Positions 1-15,400 of a stretch of DNA of 64,000 nucleotides are shown here, in pieces. The position numbers and the translations under genes were made by a program. The DNA is taken from NCBI GenBank assembly GCA_964035545.1, contig OZ037768.1:5240741-5304740 (forward strand), given 5' to 3'. How positions within the stretch are numbered: position 1 is the first letter of the stretch; each line of letters opens with the position of its first letter. A model generated the notes under the pieces. The model ran no database searches. It worked only from the letters and a program-made list of their open reading frames with translations, and was not told the DNA's origin. The stretch is from Bugula neritina. Taxonomy: Eukaryota > Animalia > Bryozoa.

Positions 1-434
1 AACTAGAGTGTAGTCTGAGAACTTACTAGCCTTAAAATAAACCAAGGGGACTACCAATTGGGACTAGGGATACTTATCAATGTCAAATCAAATGGGAAGA
101 ATTGCAGGTTAACAAAGATATCATTGCAAGCTATTCAGTAATTCAGTAGCCAACTCTTAACACTATGCTGTAGATAATTGTAAATCAAATGTCAGAGTGA
201 ATATTCCCAGTTAAGTTATGCCCAAATATTCTTAGTTTATTATACCTAAATGTTAAATAAATTAGCTAAGAGTAAAAAAACAATATAGCAAAGCAAGTTA
301 TTTATGTATAAGAATATTTTTATTTAATATATAAATATCAAAATAATTTTAGAGATACTCTTTTTAAATCAGCCAACTATTTTAATTTAAAGTTTCGTGA
401 AAATTATTTTGTATATAATTCGAGTTGATGAAAT

Positions 435-3400
435 CTAGCTGTCAGTAGTCAGGGGGTCAATAACCAGGTTCAACATGTCCTCGTGTTTCTCATCGAATGA
501 GCCTGTTCCCATTACTGTGATAGTTAATGGATCTTCTCCCAGCACACCACTAATGGTATATTGAGCTTTATAATCCCGTTCTTCTCTGTAACAAAATACA
601 ACCAATACAAGCAGGGAGAAGTAGCCTGAAATTTTTATTATAAGACAGTTTCAACATCTCAGGTAGATTTCCAAACAATTCAAGACAGTCATGCTTAACT
701 CAGATACAATAAAACAATTATTTCTTTAAGAAAATAAAAAATTTTTGCTGGCAACAAGCGTTGTTGGTGTGATTATTAGAATAATTCTTATACAAAAACC
801 ACCATCTCCTTTAAAATTCATTGGTCTCTAAGTCCATTTGAAGCAATGGTGAAATTCAGCTTAGAGTTTTGCAACATATTGAAGTGGAGGATATAATGAA
901 TTGTAAGGCATAGTATGAACAGTCTAGAATCTAAATCATCTATACTGCTCATACTACATGTTACTACTCATGTTAAATGAAGGCTGCTTTAACCAACATC
1001 AATACAAACCCCACTACTGTCAAGATAGGTTAAGGATTACCATAGCCTACTTATTACATTTTTAATAGCATTATTGATCATATCTATTCACCAACAGAAA
1101 AATTAATTGTTTCAAGAAATGGTTATTCTAAAAATTTAATGACCAATATGCTAATTGAAACAATAATTAGGCAGCTAGATTGATTCTAAGGGGTCATTCT
1201 AGATTCTATGATTGATGTTAGCAGAATCTAGCTGTCTAGCAATATACATGACACTTTCCTGCAGGTGTGCTAGTAGCAGTATTTTCTAATTTGAGAATTT
1301 CATTTCAATTTGTTAAAGCTATATACTTCAATAGTCATTGTAAATCTTGTATTACAAAAACTATCGAGTAAAAGCAGTTTTCCTTGCATATTAAATGAAA
1401 TTTAGTATTATATTGAGTTAATAAAGTATTGTACTAGTACTTTCTTGTACTAAAGACAGCAAATTAGGGGGATGAAAGTAAACTCTATAAAACTGCACAA
1501 GAATGAAGTCAAGTACCACACAAGTACCAAACAACATTGTCAACACTTTATAGATCATTGATCTATTGAACTCTCTTTGCCTCTTCCATCAAAATTAAAA
1601 GCAGGTGTTCTTAAAAATATTAGTTTTAGCAATCAGTGATGTTTAGACAACTTTCTCTGTTGAACTTCTAACATAATAACCTTCAACTAGCTTTGTATCA
1701 TAAGCTATATCAATAAGCACTGACCTTGCTAGAAAACTAACGGCAATGAGTACATCGCTTTTAGTAACATGAGTAATGTGAGCGTCTAAATGGCCGTAGC
1801 TGGGCTCCATCACAAAGGTGTCGGTTGGACAGGCAGAATGGAAAGTAATCTTACTGCTCCACATGCTGTGTGACCTGCAATTGTCATACAAACCTATACG
1901 TCTCACTATACTTATTTTATCCATATTCTTGCACCTTTTTCAAGGCAAGGAACTCATTTTAGCAGCCTAAGAAAACTAATTTATTATTTTGCAAAACATC
2001 AGTGTGTTATCTCTAGACATCTTAGGTTCAGATTATCTCACAGCTTCATTAGTGTAAAAATTGAGGTGAATTGTACTAACATTTTTTTAAAGGAATCAAC
2101 ACCCTTTAACGTTAAACCAATAACACAACTTGTTTTCAAAATATCTTCACTTCATTGAATGAATAACTCTAGTCCAACAAAATAATGAGAACATTTTTCT
2201 TATAGGACAACTGGTTTGACCTAAATAAGAGTATATTAAAGTACTAAAAGATGCTGGCGTGATGCATTCTCCTGGAAGGGAGGTAGAAAGCTGGTTAGTT
2301 CACTCAATAAAACTGAGTGGAGGTAGTTTCACTCATAAATTAGGTAGAAACAATCTGAATAATTGGTAATTTATCGTATTGATTATTTAAGATTATTTAA
2401 ATGGCACACAGGTCATTACTAGGATAATAATAGATAATAATAATAATGTCAGTTGAAGAGTTCTCTACCTTTACAAGTTGTTGTTACAAATAGTAACGTA
2501 CCTTGTTCTGTTTTTAAGCATAAAGGTCTTCTGCTTACGCTGGCCAATTAAACAGGTTCCAAAATTGATTTCTTTAGAATCAACTTCCAGAGATGGAAGA
2601 ACAAGTGATGCATGGAGAGGTAACTCCTGAAAAATAATAATTGAGGCTTACAATTTATATCACCCCACAGCACCATAATTTAAGGTATTAATGTAAAAAG
2701 TGCTATAGCATCTGTGGACTTTATTATTGGTTGATTGTAACTTTTAACTGCTTTTAAACGTGCATACGCATGTTCATATTTTGTGTACGATACTACTTTC
2801 TACTTCATTAAATTAGTAATGGCATTATAATATACATTGTATACACATAAACATGTACAAGCTGCAAGCACGTAGCTTCAAAGAATAGGTACTCATTATT
2901 CTAGCTAATTTTATCATGCAATTAGCAATTACACAAATTATTCTTGATTTTATGGATCCTTAAGGTACTCAAAATACATTTTTCTTCATAATTTATTAGA
3001 GTTAGAACATTACAATAGCTTTCTATGTTTTATTATGTATCTAATGCTTTCTCCCGGCAATTTCCTGTTTAGAGCTGTAATTAATAGCTCACAAATCTAT
3101 ATTCTGAAAGATTTATATAAGTAATAAAGTTCAGTTCAGTTCATGTATAGTGGAATAAAACTACAAAAGTTAGAATTGTTGTAAAATGGAAATAAACAGT
3201 TAACTGATGGCACAGAGAACTACATGCTCACACACTGCCTTTCAACATAAATAAACACCAATATGCATGTATTAGATGTATTTAGCAATAAGCATTCATC
3301 TGCTGATTCAGTTGCTTTATGCTCACAATATTTAATTAGAACCAGTTTAGAGTTTCAGAAAACATCAATTATTAATGTTTATAATTTAATTTTAAAAAAC

Positions 3401-6400
3401 TAAATTAACCCACTTCCTAATCTACAATCTAATGTTAAACGAAATCTACATAAAAGTCTATTTTGAGGAGATAAAATGAAGTTTTATGTCTTAAACAAGA
3501 CATAAAAGTTACAGCCAATCAAAGAGCATTTTGCCTATAAGTGAAAGCAGCAGCTGTTTTAAAATAAACTCAAAATGATGAGTCGGAGCAGGTAAAGACG
3601 GACATTACACACCTGTATGGCTCCACTAGTAAATAACACCTTCAGTGATTGGTTGAAATGAATCTGACGTTCGCTGTCTTTTCTGACAACCATCACAGGT
3701 TTCTGCCCCAGAGCCTCTTCTGCATCTTCTTCATATTTAGCCACTAAGGCTATCTGATCGGGGCTGACGCAGAAATCTATGTAAATCTGTAAATGAAAAG
3801 ATGGGGAACAGTGACAACTCACTAAGGCTGGTCAAAACTGCTTTTTGTTATGAGTTTTTTATAATATAAATTTACTTTATAGTTTATAATAAATAGATAA
3901 AGAAAATGAATGTTGAAAACATTTAAAATGGAACTGATAGAATACTCAGCATAATAGCAGCTAAAATAACACAAATTATTACAATAACAAATAACCACCC
4001 ACCTCTGCACTGGCGTTTGGTTTCAAGGAAATCAAGTTATCTTCCCCTGCAGGAGGATTGCTTTTGGTGAATATAAACGGATGAGAAACATCAATCTACA
4101 TAAAAAACCACACAATAGCACATCACATACATTCACTATAATATACATTTAGTTTGACAACTAAACTAAAAACTAAACTTCTGATTATGTGTACAAGTAA
4201 GGGCATGTCAATAGATGTTCTTGGAGTTTAGGAGTTACAAAAATCATTTGATTATTAGTCAAATGATTACTTATTTCAAATCAATAAAAAATACTTAAAA
4301 AGATCTAAACTTTGTGACAATGCAATTGCTCAAGTTTTGTAATGCCACATCATTACCATGTGTGTAGCTCACTTACTTTAGCTAAACAAAATTATCTAAA
4401 AACATTTTTTTAAACTTCACCAGTTTTTACGTTTAAAGTCATAAGTTAACCAAAAATATTGTGCATTGAAACGTTCAAACAAAACTTAAATTAGATTCAG
4501 CTCTGAAAATCCTAGACTTTGGCATTTTATTAAGAAGTTGTCACAGCGGCAACGCAGCTAATTTCCTGTCCCTGGGCCATTCATCTAATCAGTGACATTT
4601 AAAATCAACATGCAAACACCAAATCTGTAACATGACATTAAAGACTGAAGTTTGTATAGCCTCCAGGAAGCATGTTATTGAATTTTAGTTGTTTGTCCAC
4701 TTTATGAGAAATCCTCACACTACTAAATTAGATTCTAAAGAAAAAAAGGAAAGACAAATCCTATACGCTGAAAAGTATTACCAACCTTAAAACTCAGCAG
4801 AGCTTCTGTGAGATTTGTTAGCTTAGTTCCATTACTAATGCAGTAATAGGCTTTGGGGGTAGTTACACCATCCCTTAACAAATCACTAGCTACACCTCTA
4901 AACCTTAGTCCCTCATCGTCCATAAACTCATTCTTCAGACTATAAGAGCAGAAGTTAAACCCAATATATTGTTTCGACTGTTGTCTGGTATGTCAACAAT
5001 ACTTATACAAGTACATACAATAAAAAGGTCAAGGACAAAAGCACGGGAATTCCAACTTACAGCGCAGGTTCAATGCATCCAGCTAGATTTAGTTTCATTT
5101 CCTCCATGTGGTACCCAGAAACTCTGGAAACGAGGCCTTCCAAACCAAGACACTGCAAAGAACACTCTTACGCTGTTACATAACACATTGTGATTTCAGG
5201 CTGAGGAAATATTAACCTATGAGCTAAGTTACATGACTATTTATAAGTCAGCTGCAATCCACTCACATCAGAAGCAGGGTTGAGGTATCCCAGGATATAG
5301 GAGTTGCAGCTCTCTCCCATCGGGTCAGCTGACTCAGGGTTAAAGGTCACTTTGATAAAACCCTTGTCTCGTGCAGGTATCACCTAAGAATAAAAAGAAT
5401 AATTTCTAAAAATCTTGCGATAACAACAACAACCAATTTACAAAAAAAATTAATTATTTTAGAATGTTTTGCAGCTAAACACTGACCATCTGTTTTGGTT
5501 CGATGGTGAATGGTTTACAGGCCTCGTGTCCGCCATGTTTTCTCAACATGACTTTAATCATGGGGTCAGCTGAGGAAGTTTTCTCCCCAACAGAGGTTTG
5601 GCTGTCGGGTCTGGGGGTGGGGCTAGGAGAGGCTGAAGGAGACTTGGCACTAGGAGCAAGTGTGGAGTCCGGAGTATTGGGTATATACTCTGTAGGAGCT
5701 CGGCTGGATGGGGGCGCTACAAAGTACGCCCGTAAATTAGAAAAACAACTCTATAATATAATGTGTTCAGATTTAATAGACAAATAAAAGCAACCAACGT
5801 GAAAAATATTCATTGCATTGGATATGTATGCTATTTCTGTAAAATAACCAACTGTAGACAACCTTCATAAGTTAACATCTTATGTACATTGTAGTAGTAT
5901 GTTTTCTCTTTAAAATAATAAGTGTACCATACAACAGGAAATTACAGGTAATTTATAAGAAAATTAAAATAACATTTAAAAAGACGATTTTCATCAAAGT
6001 ATTGCAATGAAAAACGTATCAAATTATGCAGCTGTGAATAATAAAATGATGTTTATCATTGTGTTGATATTTATTAGATTTTCATCGCTTATAGTTTTTT
6101 TAAAACTTTGTAAACATCTCATAAGAAAGGATTATTTTTATGCCATTTTACAAAACTTGAGGTAGTAGTTTAGCCTTATAATACCTAGCCAGAAAATAGT
6201 GTGAGCTCCTACCTGGTGGTGTAGGAGTTCGGGCTACATTGCCATCGGCATCTCTCTTGGGGAACGGCTCACCATAAGAGACAACAAAGTCAATGAGCTG
6301 CTGATCCCCGGGCATAACGTTGAACATTTGCCAGTCAACTCTAGTGTCTAGCAAATAGCATGTCCGTATATAAACATGCAACACGTGTGACAGTGTTATT

Positions 6401-9400
6401 GAAAGGATATGCAAATAGGCATGTATTTAATGTATAAAGACCATCTTGCTCCATAATATATACTGTATGAACAGCTGCAGAATAATAAAGACAATAAATT
6501 GAGTAGCTGTTTCACCCACCAACTGGTCCGTTGTTATTGATTCGAACCGTGCGAGTCACGCTTTTAGCATTCGAAGCAAGAGTCCCAAATCTACAGCAGA
6601 AAAATAATTAGTGAATGCTCTAATCAGCACAGTTGTTATATTGACTTAAAAAAATTCAACATTTGAATGATATAACACAGCAGAAAATAAATAAGCTTGA
6701 CAATAGACTGCAGGTAAAAACTGGTAGAAAGTGTCGATAGTGCTGTGGCACAAGTCTTAGTGGTCGGGCTATAAGTAAACTTTCCACATACCCAGTATAA
6801 TATCAGATATCATATTTGTATTACGTTATACATACCATGATAGTGTTGGCAAAACCTTAGCAAAGTAATTTACTAATTGAAACTGGCCTTATACACCTGC
6901 AATGTCACCTATTATCAGGAAAGCCAATTCTATACCCTATGGAACTACTTCTTACTGACTGAAGGTAACATCTCACCTCAATGATGGCTCCTTAGTCACA
7001 GCTGCCATGTGAAACTGCAGAGGTATTCCTGTGACATGAGCTGTCACGGGAATGTTGAATGACCCATGGTCACGGATATATAAGGTGATGTCGTCTTTAT
7101 ATGTGCCCCACATATCACTGTACAGTGCCAGGTCTACAACTAGTTCTTCATAAGGGCCCAGGTAACCCCGAGATGGGGTGGGTACAATAGCTACCCCCTT
7201 GTTCGTCTTTAGTAACTGTTGCTGCAGTTCTAAAATAAGTGAAAGCTGCTTTATACTAGGTTGTTATTACTCTGTCAAATAACGTAAAAATTTTACAACT
7301 TGGCTAAAAAGGATTTAAGTTTCAAGCAGCATAATTTAGCTAACAGGAAATGGCAATGATCAAACTTAGCAAATCGAGTAAGTGAAGCCTACTTAAACAT
7401 TAAACTAAAATCACTTTATTGACATATTATGTTTATAGCAGACAACTCCTAACTAATTCAACTATCCATTGCTTGTGTTGCCATGCAAAAATATTTTGAA
7501 ATAAAAATTATTTTTAGGAAAAACTAATATTTTTGAAGTGCACTATACAGGGATTATAATATGTAGCTAAATATTCAGTTTTAAAAATCATTGAGAGTTG
7601 TCTGCTCAATGTGGGTATTAATGAACTCTATGGCTTGCTGGATGACCCTGCATACATTGCAATAAATATGTCACAATATTACAGCTGCTTTACGATAACA
7701 AAGTCGAATTCATTACTAGGAAATACTTCTACTTTTACAGAGCTTGTTTGTACGAACTGTTATTATTTGATAAATAGAATAGTTTGCAGGAAGAGGTAAT
7801 TCCCTTTACCTACACTTTTCACGATTTTTAAGTGTTTTTGAAAAAAGTAAAGAGAAATCAAGAATTAATCTCGATAACTAGTATAACGATATTGCACGCA
7901 ATTAATAACTAAGCTCAAGTTACTATGTTACTAGTACATCACACATCTACTATCACGGTGCATTCACTGATGTCTAAATACTAATTAATGGGATATATGT
8001 TTAATCTTCTATTTACAGGTAAATAAAATAATTTAAAAATAATTGACAAAACATTTTCTCATGGTATTAGGGTTTGTTGTCCCGTTAGTGCCAAAAGTTT
8101 CAAAGTGTTATGTTTGTAATAGCATATCTCAAAGTGCGCAGATAAACTAACCAATTGCAGCTCTCTCTTTGCTCTTGCTGTTGGGATCAGCTATATTCAG
8201 AGTCCTCTGTAACAATGCTTTCCTGCAAGATAAGACAATTGTTAATAGCTGATACTATAGAGTGCCAAATGGTCAACAACTCAATTAAAAGACTAAATAG
8301 TAGACCTAAGTGCATGAATAATGAGGGTATAAGAGCAAAGTAAGAAAGCTTTTTGCAGCATATAAAATGGTTAAATACTTTGTCAGCAAATGAGATAAAA
8401 CTTATAAGCGAAAATGCCAAAAAAAATTTTACTAGCTCAACTTGTGAAACGAAACTCAAAATTTTGCAATTATTACACATTAGCATAAAAAAAAATTGTT
8501 TAGCAATTGTGTGCATCGGAATTTGGGAGAAGTAAGTCATTGAATATATTTAGCCAAGACTTAGAAAAAGTATCTTACTTTGGTTCATGTTTTCTGTCTG
8601 TACGCCTAGTTTTGGCTGCAGGAGGAGTGGGTAGCTTAGCAGCGTAGTGGTTCACTGAAAGGGAATAGGCTGTGTTCATAGGAGATTTGTTTCTTATATA
8701 GAGGTACTTGTGTGCACTCCCCTGTACACTCACTGTACCAAAGTCCACACTAGCGGTATTAGCTTTAGACTCATCAAAATTTCTACAAAGTAAATAAAAC
8801 ATATTCATAATTAAATTTTCAAGCCACTGGAAAAAAGAGTTGTAGGAATATTTGAAGATTATAGCTTGAAACTATTAATAAAACTAACCGTATGTTAGGT
8901 GAATCTTGTATAGCGTAAGCTATCTGAACTCCTTCCAATTTAGCAGTGATGGAGAGAAGTAATGGCTCGTCCATTCCTGATATATAGCATGGTAGTATGA
9001 GATCCTTGACATAGCCTGTCTGTAACAATCAGTATGTGAATATTACTTAGCTTGGTTTCTCTACACACACATGGCACATATGAGTGGGGCTGCAAGCACC
9101 AACCTAGCCATCTGTTTTCATACAGTAGATTCAGTTGGCATTACATTAAATATATAATTAGCTATAAAGACAGTAAAAAATAACATAATTTAGAATGTGG
9201 TCCAAACAATAGAACATCAGCCTATGTTGTACTATTCATAGCGGGACCCAGAATCTATCAAATGGCACTAGCCATGGAAACTCTAGACTCTATAAATCAT
9301 GACCATTTTAGTAAATGTTTTAAATATAATCACAATAACCATAACTCTGAAGTTAATTTAACGTTGCAGATGTCACACTGGCAACGGATGTGTATATAAT

Positions 9401-12400
9401 AATGTGCAATGGCGGTAACATACATAGTTGCTTGTAATTCTTAATTGCAGCTCTAAAGTTTCCCGGGGACCAAGTTCTCCTTCCTTACGAATATAAAGTT
9501 TGCACGAGTCGACATCATCGCCCAACGGCTACAATGAATCATCATGAGTCAGATGACATAACGACTAACCTGACACTCCTAACACTACAAGCTTACCCAT
9601 GTGACTAACCAAGATATATCTCTATACTCTATGTTTGTAAAAAACACAACTTCTAATGTTGCTCTGCTACGTTATATTCCTTTTCTGTAGAGTAATATTT
9701 AAAAGATTCAAGTGTTAAAACTATGATGAAAGCCACAGATTTAGCAAAACGAAGGACAGTATATAGAACATAAAATTAAATGAATGGATATCCTACAACA
9801 TGTTTCATGTTCATCATAATATTTATCAAAAATAAACTAATAATTGAAGAGGTAGGTGAAGTAATGGAGAAATTGAGAAAAGCCTGTGTTCTAGATTAGA
9901 AATTTAGCAAAAGAAGTTAGGTTTTCACAAGAATTTTTACCCGTACCAGACCAAAATTTAATAAAATATTAAAGAACTTGGGCTAGCACAATTTCTCTAC
10001 TACTGCTTCAATATTTAATTGTGTTAGGTGACGATGGTAAGGACACCATACCTCTCCCCAGGTGAAACTGGTGGGTAGTAATGACTGGTTAATGAGAGTA
10101 ACAGTCTGAATGGATTTGATATCAACAAACAGAGCTGGTATGTTAAGATTACATGACAGCAGGCAAACACTCGGCTTCTGGACGTCGGCCCTGACCCCCA
10201 CAGTTCTACAACAAAATCTTTACACCTCAGTCTACACTAACTTCATACACAAAGCACACTTGGCAAGACTAGTCAACAGTGGCTTAATAGAATAAGCACA
10301 CAATGAAACTGGAGACAAAATAGAACCAAATATTTTGCTTAGTCAGGTTTCAAAATTTTTAAGTTGAAGTTGGGCTTCATAATTAATTTGTGAACACAAA
10401 ACTGTTCATGCTAAAATTATGTATTAGAGTTGAGACCACCAAGAATGAAGAGTTTCTCTAAACAGCTAGTGGCATGTTTAAATGTTCAATAATTGAATAA
10501 ATAACTTAACAAATAAATAATTGAATAAATAAGTTTTCGATTTAGCTGTCATGCTTCGAAGATGAGTTTTGCAAAAAACTTCCTTTAAGCATGAAGAATC
10601 CATAATCATGTAGCTATTGGTTAAATTCCAAGTACATGCATCATAGTTATACCATAAACAAGCATGAATATAATATTACGATTCAATTCGTGTACAAGAA
10701 CTGTTTAAGGATTTGTCCCCTCATCAACACAGAACACAGTACCATGGCCCACATTTTCACAATGACAGAAACTTATGTTTCTACCAAAGCAAATTTCAAA
10801 TGTGTAAATTCATAACAGACAGCTCAAGTAACTTTAAGAGTTACGGGCCTTGCACAAAGTAGGCAGCTTGAATCCTATCTATGAGTGCGACACTGCGTTT
10901 TCATGACATTCGCTCTATGCGAATGGATGCCCGTACGGATTAACTTATGGTTGCAGTTTTGCTTCGATGCAACTATTTCCATGAGATGAATGAAAAGTCA
11001 ATTCGCATAATTCGAATCATGGAAATGTAGTGCTAGTTTACTTGCTGCTAAGATATTATAAAATAATTATAACTCTGCAATTTTATCATCACAAATATAT
11101 AAATCCTCAACACGGCACTGCCATAGCACACCTTGAAACTCCGCCATTTCCGACTGCCAACTCAAAGAATGTCTGCACAACTTTACAACTTCTTGGAGAA
11201 AACTCGACTTTGATTTTCCTACTTTCTAAAGGCTTCAGCTCTCCAATCTTAGGAGTAAAAGAAAACTCGCTCTCTTCCTGTGAATGTTTATAATAAATGA
11301 AGATTACTAATATTAAAAAACATTGATAATATAGTATTGTAAAATATAAAATATAAAATACTCAAAAAGGCAAAAAATACGAATCGTTATATTACAGCCT
11401 GAATGCATACATGTCCTTTAATCACCATAAAAATAGTAACAGATGCTACATGGACAAAGTTTATTTGGTAAGATAATCAATACCATAAGTTATAACCTGT
11501 AAGATTGATGATTCAAGTAAACTCAGATATCTTACTTTTGGCTGATTAGCAGGAAGTTTCTCTGTAATCTCAAAGGAAGCTGGCATCTGACTCTCGTTAT
11601 GCAGAGTAAGAGTAGTAGTGACGGCAGTACCAAATCTCACCAAGCCAAAGTTTATGTCTGGCTCTCCAATGTAAACCTCAGGCCCCTGCATAAACATGTG
11701 GAAGGAGTTGAATTAGCAATGCCTGTATACAATGCTGAATAGGTTAGGATCGTCTTTCAGTTAAATTCTAACCAGTTCAAAATTAATAATATGAAGCAAA
11801 ATGTGTAAGTGAGTGAATCAAAAGTATATTAATCATAGCCCTAAAATCTTACAAAAAATGCTATAAACTGGGTGACACTATTATAAACCTTCAAATAAAT
11901 TAACACGTTCGTCACTAAAACATAAAACTCAACTGTTGCATACTGGAAGAGCTATCAAACAACATAAACCTTTTTTGACCTTACCTTAACCTCAAAGTCA
12001 ACATGTAAAGCGATGGGTTCCGCCAGGTTCTTTACGTGACACCACACAATCTCATGCATCTTGCCGACGGCACATCCTGTGATACTCAGCTCCATGTCCG
12101 CCATCATTGATGGCCCTGCAGCATACATTTACTGTTACAAGAACAGACAGTAAAAGCTTTAGGGCCTCAACAACATTTTGAAAGGTCATGACAATTGTCC
12201 ATTCAGCAGCTTGTCACGAGTTACATACGATGTATGAGCAGGTGTTAAATTAAATACAATCTTTTTGGTACCCTAAACATTTTTATAGATGTACAAGCTG
12301 TTGTTGAGGTTTATATCACTAAAATTTTCAAGAGAAAATCAAATACTTATAATTAAAATAATTATTGCATGTTTGCCATTTATGCACTATCCACAATCCA

Positions 12401-15400
12401 TATATGAACAATCTACAGCATTGCACAATTGCTAAAAATACAAGACATTTGTATTGTGCTGCAAATATAAACCAGCTACAAAGTCGTGTACGACTCACCA
12501 ACTTCTCCCAGAGCAGGAGTTACTTCTAGAATATTTCCTGAAGAAGGTCCTTCCCATTCGAAGGTTGCTGATGACACACTGTTGTTGATGAGCTACAATA
12601 AAAAACAGTTACAAATAGCAGAAGGCAAGCACTGCAAGACCAAAGCAAGCTCAGGTTGAACTAACTTCTACTTCATAAGATATAAACTCAAGCCTGTGTT
12701 TGCTAAATTTCATCAAAACTAAAGTGCTTTTATTTTGACTTAAAATTGTTTATGAAAATCAATGCAATCAGTAAATAAAATCCTTTAAACATAAATTTGG
12801 TAGTTTTCTCCACATAACTTAATCACAAAAGTTAAGCGTTGATGTTTTATTTCACAATATATTTGCAAGCAGTACAACAAAATATTACAAGTACTGAAGA
12901 AACCAGTTGGTAAAAAGAACTTGAAACAAAAAAATGTTTTGCTTGGAAGCTGCAATACAAAAGAAGTGATGATGATGATAAAAAAAAATTTCAACACAGC
13001 TGCACACACACACAATACAGTGCAACACTTACTGTGAATTGTCTTCTCACGGTGCTACCTAGCAGACTTTGCCCATTGACATAGATAGCATAGGGCTTCA
13101 ATAGAACCTGCAGTGGTATACACTCAGCCTTGCATTCAATTTCTAGGGCTGTGATGTCCCTTTGTACTGAACCTGTAAAGTAATAAAATTGTAAATAGCA
13201 AATATACCAGACTAATGAGTATTTCCCTATACTTATAGATATAGACTATTATAGAGAAGGCATAGTTTATAACACTTTCACTGTTAGTATAAATCAGCTA
13301 TAAAATACTCTTCAGAATATCTAATTTTACATGATAAAAAAAAGCAAACAAAGCAAAACAACAATAATCACAGACATAAAGAGATGAATTATAAATTATA
13401 ACATAAAAATATATGTTTTGATTATTAAACTATTACTAAATCTTCCAAATATGATAATTGAAGAGTATTGGAATGGCCTACTGGCACATCTCTATAAACA
13501 TAGGTCATTATTACTAGAACTAGTTCAGCCCTAAAAAGGTAGTGATTACCAGAACTGGCACAGCTCTATAAATGGTGATAACAAAGAAGAAAAGCCATGG
13601 TGCTGTTACAAACCTAGAGTTGACCCTTTACCGGCAGCAGTATCAGTTTCCACTTGCTGAGGTATGCCAGGCAGCACCATATGGAGGACACTGTGATATC
13701 TTTTCACCTGTCCACAATAAATCATTGATAAATTATTATTTATTTGATAACAATTAAGGCAATGCAGTCAATGCTTACTGGTTAACACTTGAACGTCATA
13801 TTAGTTACATCACATTACATGTGCCTAAATTATCACAATCAAAATGAGTATAGGGCACAGGTGATTCAAATGCATTCAATAGTAGGAAACAGCAAAATAC
13901 AGTGAAATTATTAATTTGTTTGCATTTTTAAAATAATTTTTTAATTCTTTCCAAGCAGTTCCCATTGAGATTGATAAACAAAAGTAATTCCATAGGGTAA
14001 ATTAATCACAAAAATAGAACAGATAACTCCGAGCAAAAGGAACATCTAAAATCCCGAGTATAATACTAGCCTCGGGAGGAGCAAAAGTCAGCATGAAGTT
14101 AGCGATTCCGGATGGTTCCAGAACTCCATTCTGAGGTTCAATAGAGAAAGGAGATTCCACATCAAGTGTACGAGATAGAGCTGTGGCGTTCACTGAGCTC
14201 TCATCTCCTCCAACTTCTGGAATATCTTTACCGCTGGTGATGTGAGGTTTGACCACCATCCACTCAAACGGAAGTGCTACATTCCTGAGAACATAATCCA
14301 AAATATAACATTAAACCACAACTTTCAACCAATAACTTAACATAACCCTTTGATATTCAATATAATAATGCAAAAGCTAGGTTAAAAACATACGTAGAGT
14401 TACTTATAATCAGAGATTTCTGAGTATAGGTGAATGGATTAAGATCTTCAAACTTGATCAACTTCTGTGATGTTGCGTCGTAGAGTTCACCAGCCTGTTT
14501 CTCACTGGTTCCTCCATCCACCGCAACAAACTCAGCACCAGCAAGTTGCCCTTTGCCTGTCAAGAAAAAAGTCAAGTGATGTTCATAAACCTCTAGAAAG
14601 TTGACATGTTCCTAAGGCTAAAGAATCTCTTCTAAGGGTCTTGGTTAATCAAGTAAAGCAAAGACTGTTGGTGAAAATGTTTTCTTAGCACTCAGAAATT
14701 AGCCTAGAAAAAAAAGTGCAATTTTTCATTGTTTGCTCAGCCACATGTAAAAATTTTTGCTCCCCCCAACCGGAAACCGAACCTCAGACTTCTAACTCGT
14801 AAGCAATTGTGCTAATCATTACACTACGGGGGGAATCACAACCCCACACCACACTTCTTTTTTGGTTCTGATTCAAGTACAATAACTTTTTCTTCAACCA
14901 ATCATCAATTATTAATAAATTTTATAACATGAAATTAACAAATTAAAGAATTAGTCAGTTCCTCAATGAGATGAAGAGATCTCAAAGTGTCATATGAGGA
15001 CTTTAAATGTGACGCAAAAGGTATCATTACCAGTGAGAAGCAAAGAATTGAATAATTGGTTAGTTTACAATATAATTATTAGTGGCAATTTTGCTGATTT
15101 ATTTAAAAGCAAACAGTGAATAAAATAACTGACAAATTAATATAATATTTAGTGATTTGTTTATAAAACCTACCAGTGATTGTAAACTGTTTCATATGAC
15201 AATTGTCACAGAGCATAAGAACTTCGTGATTGTCCTCTCCTAAAGTCGTGGGTCTGTAGATCACTTCTATCATTGTTGTGTCTTTATGATCCAACTCAAA
15301 TATAGATGGGCGAATTTGGAAAGGTAGGGCATCAAGGAGTGCAGGGTTGACACTGGTCTACATATTAACATCACAAGCAATGTATGATACCAACAGTCTG

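Noticed and set aside
6402-6410. Minus-strand ATATCCTTT, a perfect U12 AT-AC donor, inside a DLEC1 intron
   Set aside because: The 172-nt intron splices in phase with ordinary GT-AG sites; I see no U12 branch site and no exon ending there.
10709-10724. 16-mer GGATTTGTCCCCTCAT shared with about 42557
   Set aside because: No extended homology or element ends are visible, so no repeat family can be defined.
14762-14833. Functional tRNA gene
   Set aside because: Acceptor and anticodon stems do not pair properly; treated as a tRNA-derived repeat.
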